Assembly: GCF_001194135.2 (NCBI RefSeq)
Contig: NC_068981.1
Coordinates: 159,202,908-159,266,813, forward strand
Source of the DNA: Octopus bimaculoides
Taxonomy: Eukaryota
DNA length: 63,906 nt
Reading direction: 5' to 3'
Positions 63,059-63,906 of this stretch are shown in pieces; position 1 is the first letter of the stretch; each line of letters opens with the position of its first letter. Made by a program: the position numbers and the translations under genes. Under the pieces are notes generated by a model that saw only the letters and a program-made list of their open reading frames with translations, was not told the DNA's origin and searched no databases.

Positions 63059-63900
63059 CAGGGTGCAGTGAATATATTGTCGACTAAGTTACGCAAAAAT
63101 GAAAATAACACTGACATCTCATTTCAACAGATACATTTACCAAAATTACATAAACATATCTTGAAATACTAAAGAATAAATTCATTCAATAAAATCGCCA
63201 TTGGCTTCAACCACGACCGCCAGACGACATCTGAATCTCCTGCAACTCTTCTGGGCGGTCTACTTGTTTAAGTTGGTGAATGCTGCCGTAATCCTTGCCT
63301 TCAATTCATCTTTGTTGGACTCTCGCACAACTGCGCCCTACACATAATAATCAAGGGAGTTGCAGTCTGGGGAGTTAGGTGGTCAAATGTTAGGGGTGAT
63401 GTGGTTGCAGAAATTGTCTCACAGCCATGACTGGGTTCTCCTGCTTGTGTGGCATGGTGCAGAGTCTTGTTGCCAGACATAGGGTCTTCCAGCAGCCACC
63501 CTCTTGATCCAGGGAGCACTATCTCCTCCAGGTGCTTGACGTAGGCCTCCGTGTTGAGTGTGAGACTGTGGGAAGATGAATGGAGGCATATTGTCGCCAT
63601 CACAAGTGATCACTCCAAACACCATGATGTTAACCGGATGTTTGATTTTTATCATTCTTGGTACACGTCCTCAGATTGACACCTAAACACTCTGTAATGT
63701 TCGCATTGGAGCTTCCTGCGCGAATGCCAAGCAGTACAGCATGTCGTTTCGAAATTTCTGGTGGAGTGAATTGCGTCATGGTGCTGACTTTCTCACAGTC
63801 GTTTGACTACAGCTATGTAGTCGACAAAATCAAAAACAAACAATGCACATGCGCGAAATTAAACAGTATAAAATGGCAACAATTTACCCATCGCACCCTA
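63059..63900 (-). mobile_element. Internally deleted Tc1/mariner-superfamily element (maT/DD37D-like)
   Basis: Imperfect TIRs cagggtgc / gcacccta. Frameshifted KHPVNIMVFGVITCDG...PWIKRVAAGRPYVWQQDSAPCHTSRRTQSWL and WPPNSPDCNPLDY motifs. Confidence 0.85.
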
Positions 63901-63906
63901 TATATA

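Noticed and set aside
1-63906. CRISPR arrays, rRNA genes or prokaryotic/viral operons
   Set aside because: No regularly spaced repeat-spacer arrays, rRNA-like sequence or gene-dense segment was seen. The window is typical intron-rich animal DNA.

Overview
AT-rich, microsatellite- and repeat-dense animal genomic DNA with several assembly gaps. The SINE/LINE complement and simple repeats resemble a coleoid cephalopod such as Octopus (inference). One protein-coding gene is supported: an integrin beta-like gene on the minus strand. I reconstructed 14 small GT-AG exons by hand, from the ATG at 29112 down to 1348. They splice with consistent phases into a 376-aa open frame that runs off the left edge of the window: signal peptide, PSI, hybrid, then I-EGF1-4. 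The striking feature is that the two halves of the hybrid domain are joined directly, so the ~240-aa betaI (MIDAS, ligand- and alpha-subunit-binding) domain is missing. One I-EGF4 disulfide has lost both of its cysteines, and the hybrid region is very basic. The introns and the upstream 34 kb hold tRNA-derived SINEs, RTE/CR1/R4-like LINE remnants, Penelope-like fragments, mariner/hAT/piggyBac/Helentron-type non-autonomous DNA elements and a ~1 kb solo LTR. They also hold a tRNA-headed element carrying a Penelope-type hammerhead ribozyme motif. Repeat copies left of ~43 kb show CpG decay while copies right of ~46 kb keep their CpGs, which suggests a methylated gene body extending ~14 kb upstream of the ATG. 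Nearly all ORFs in the supplied track are microsatellite, gap or transposon artefacts.
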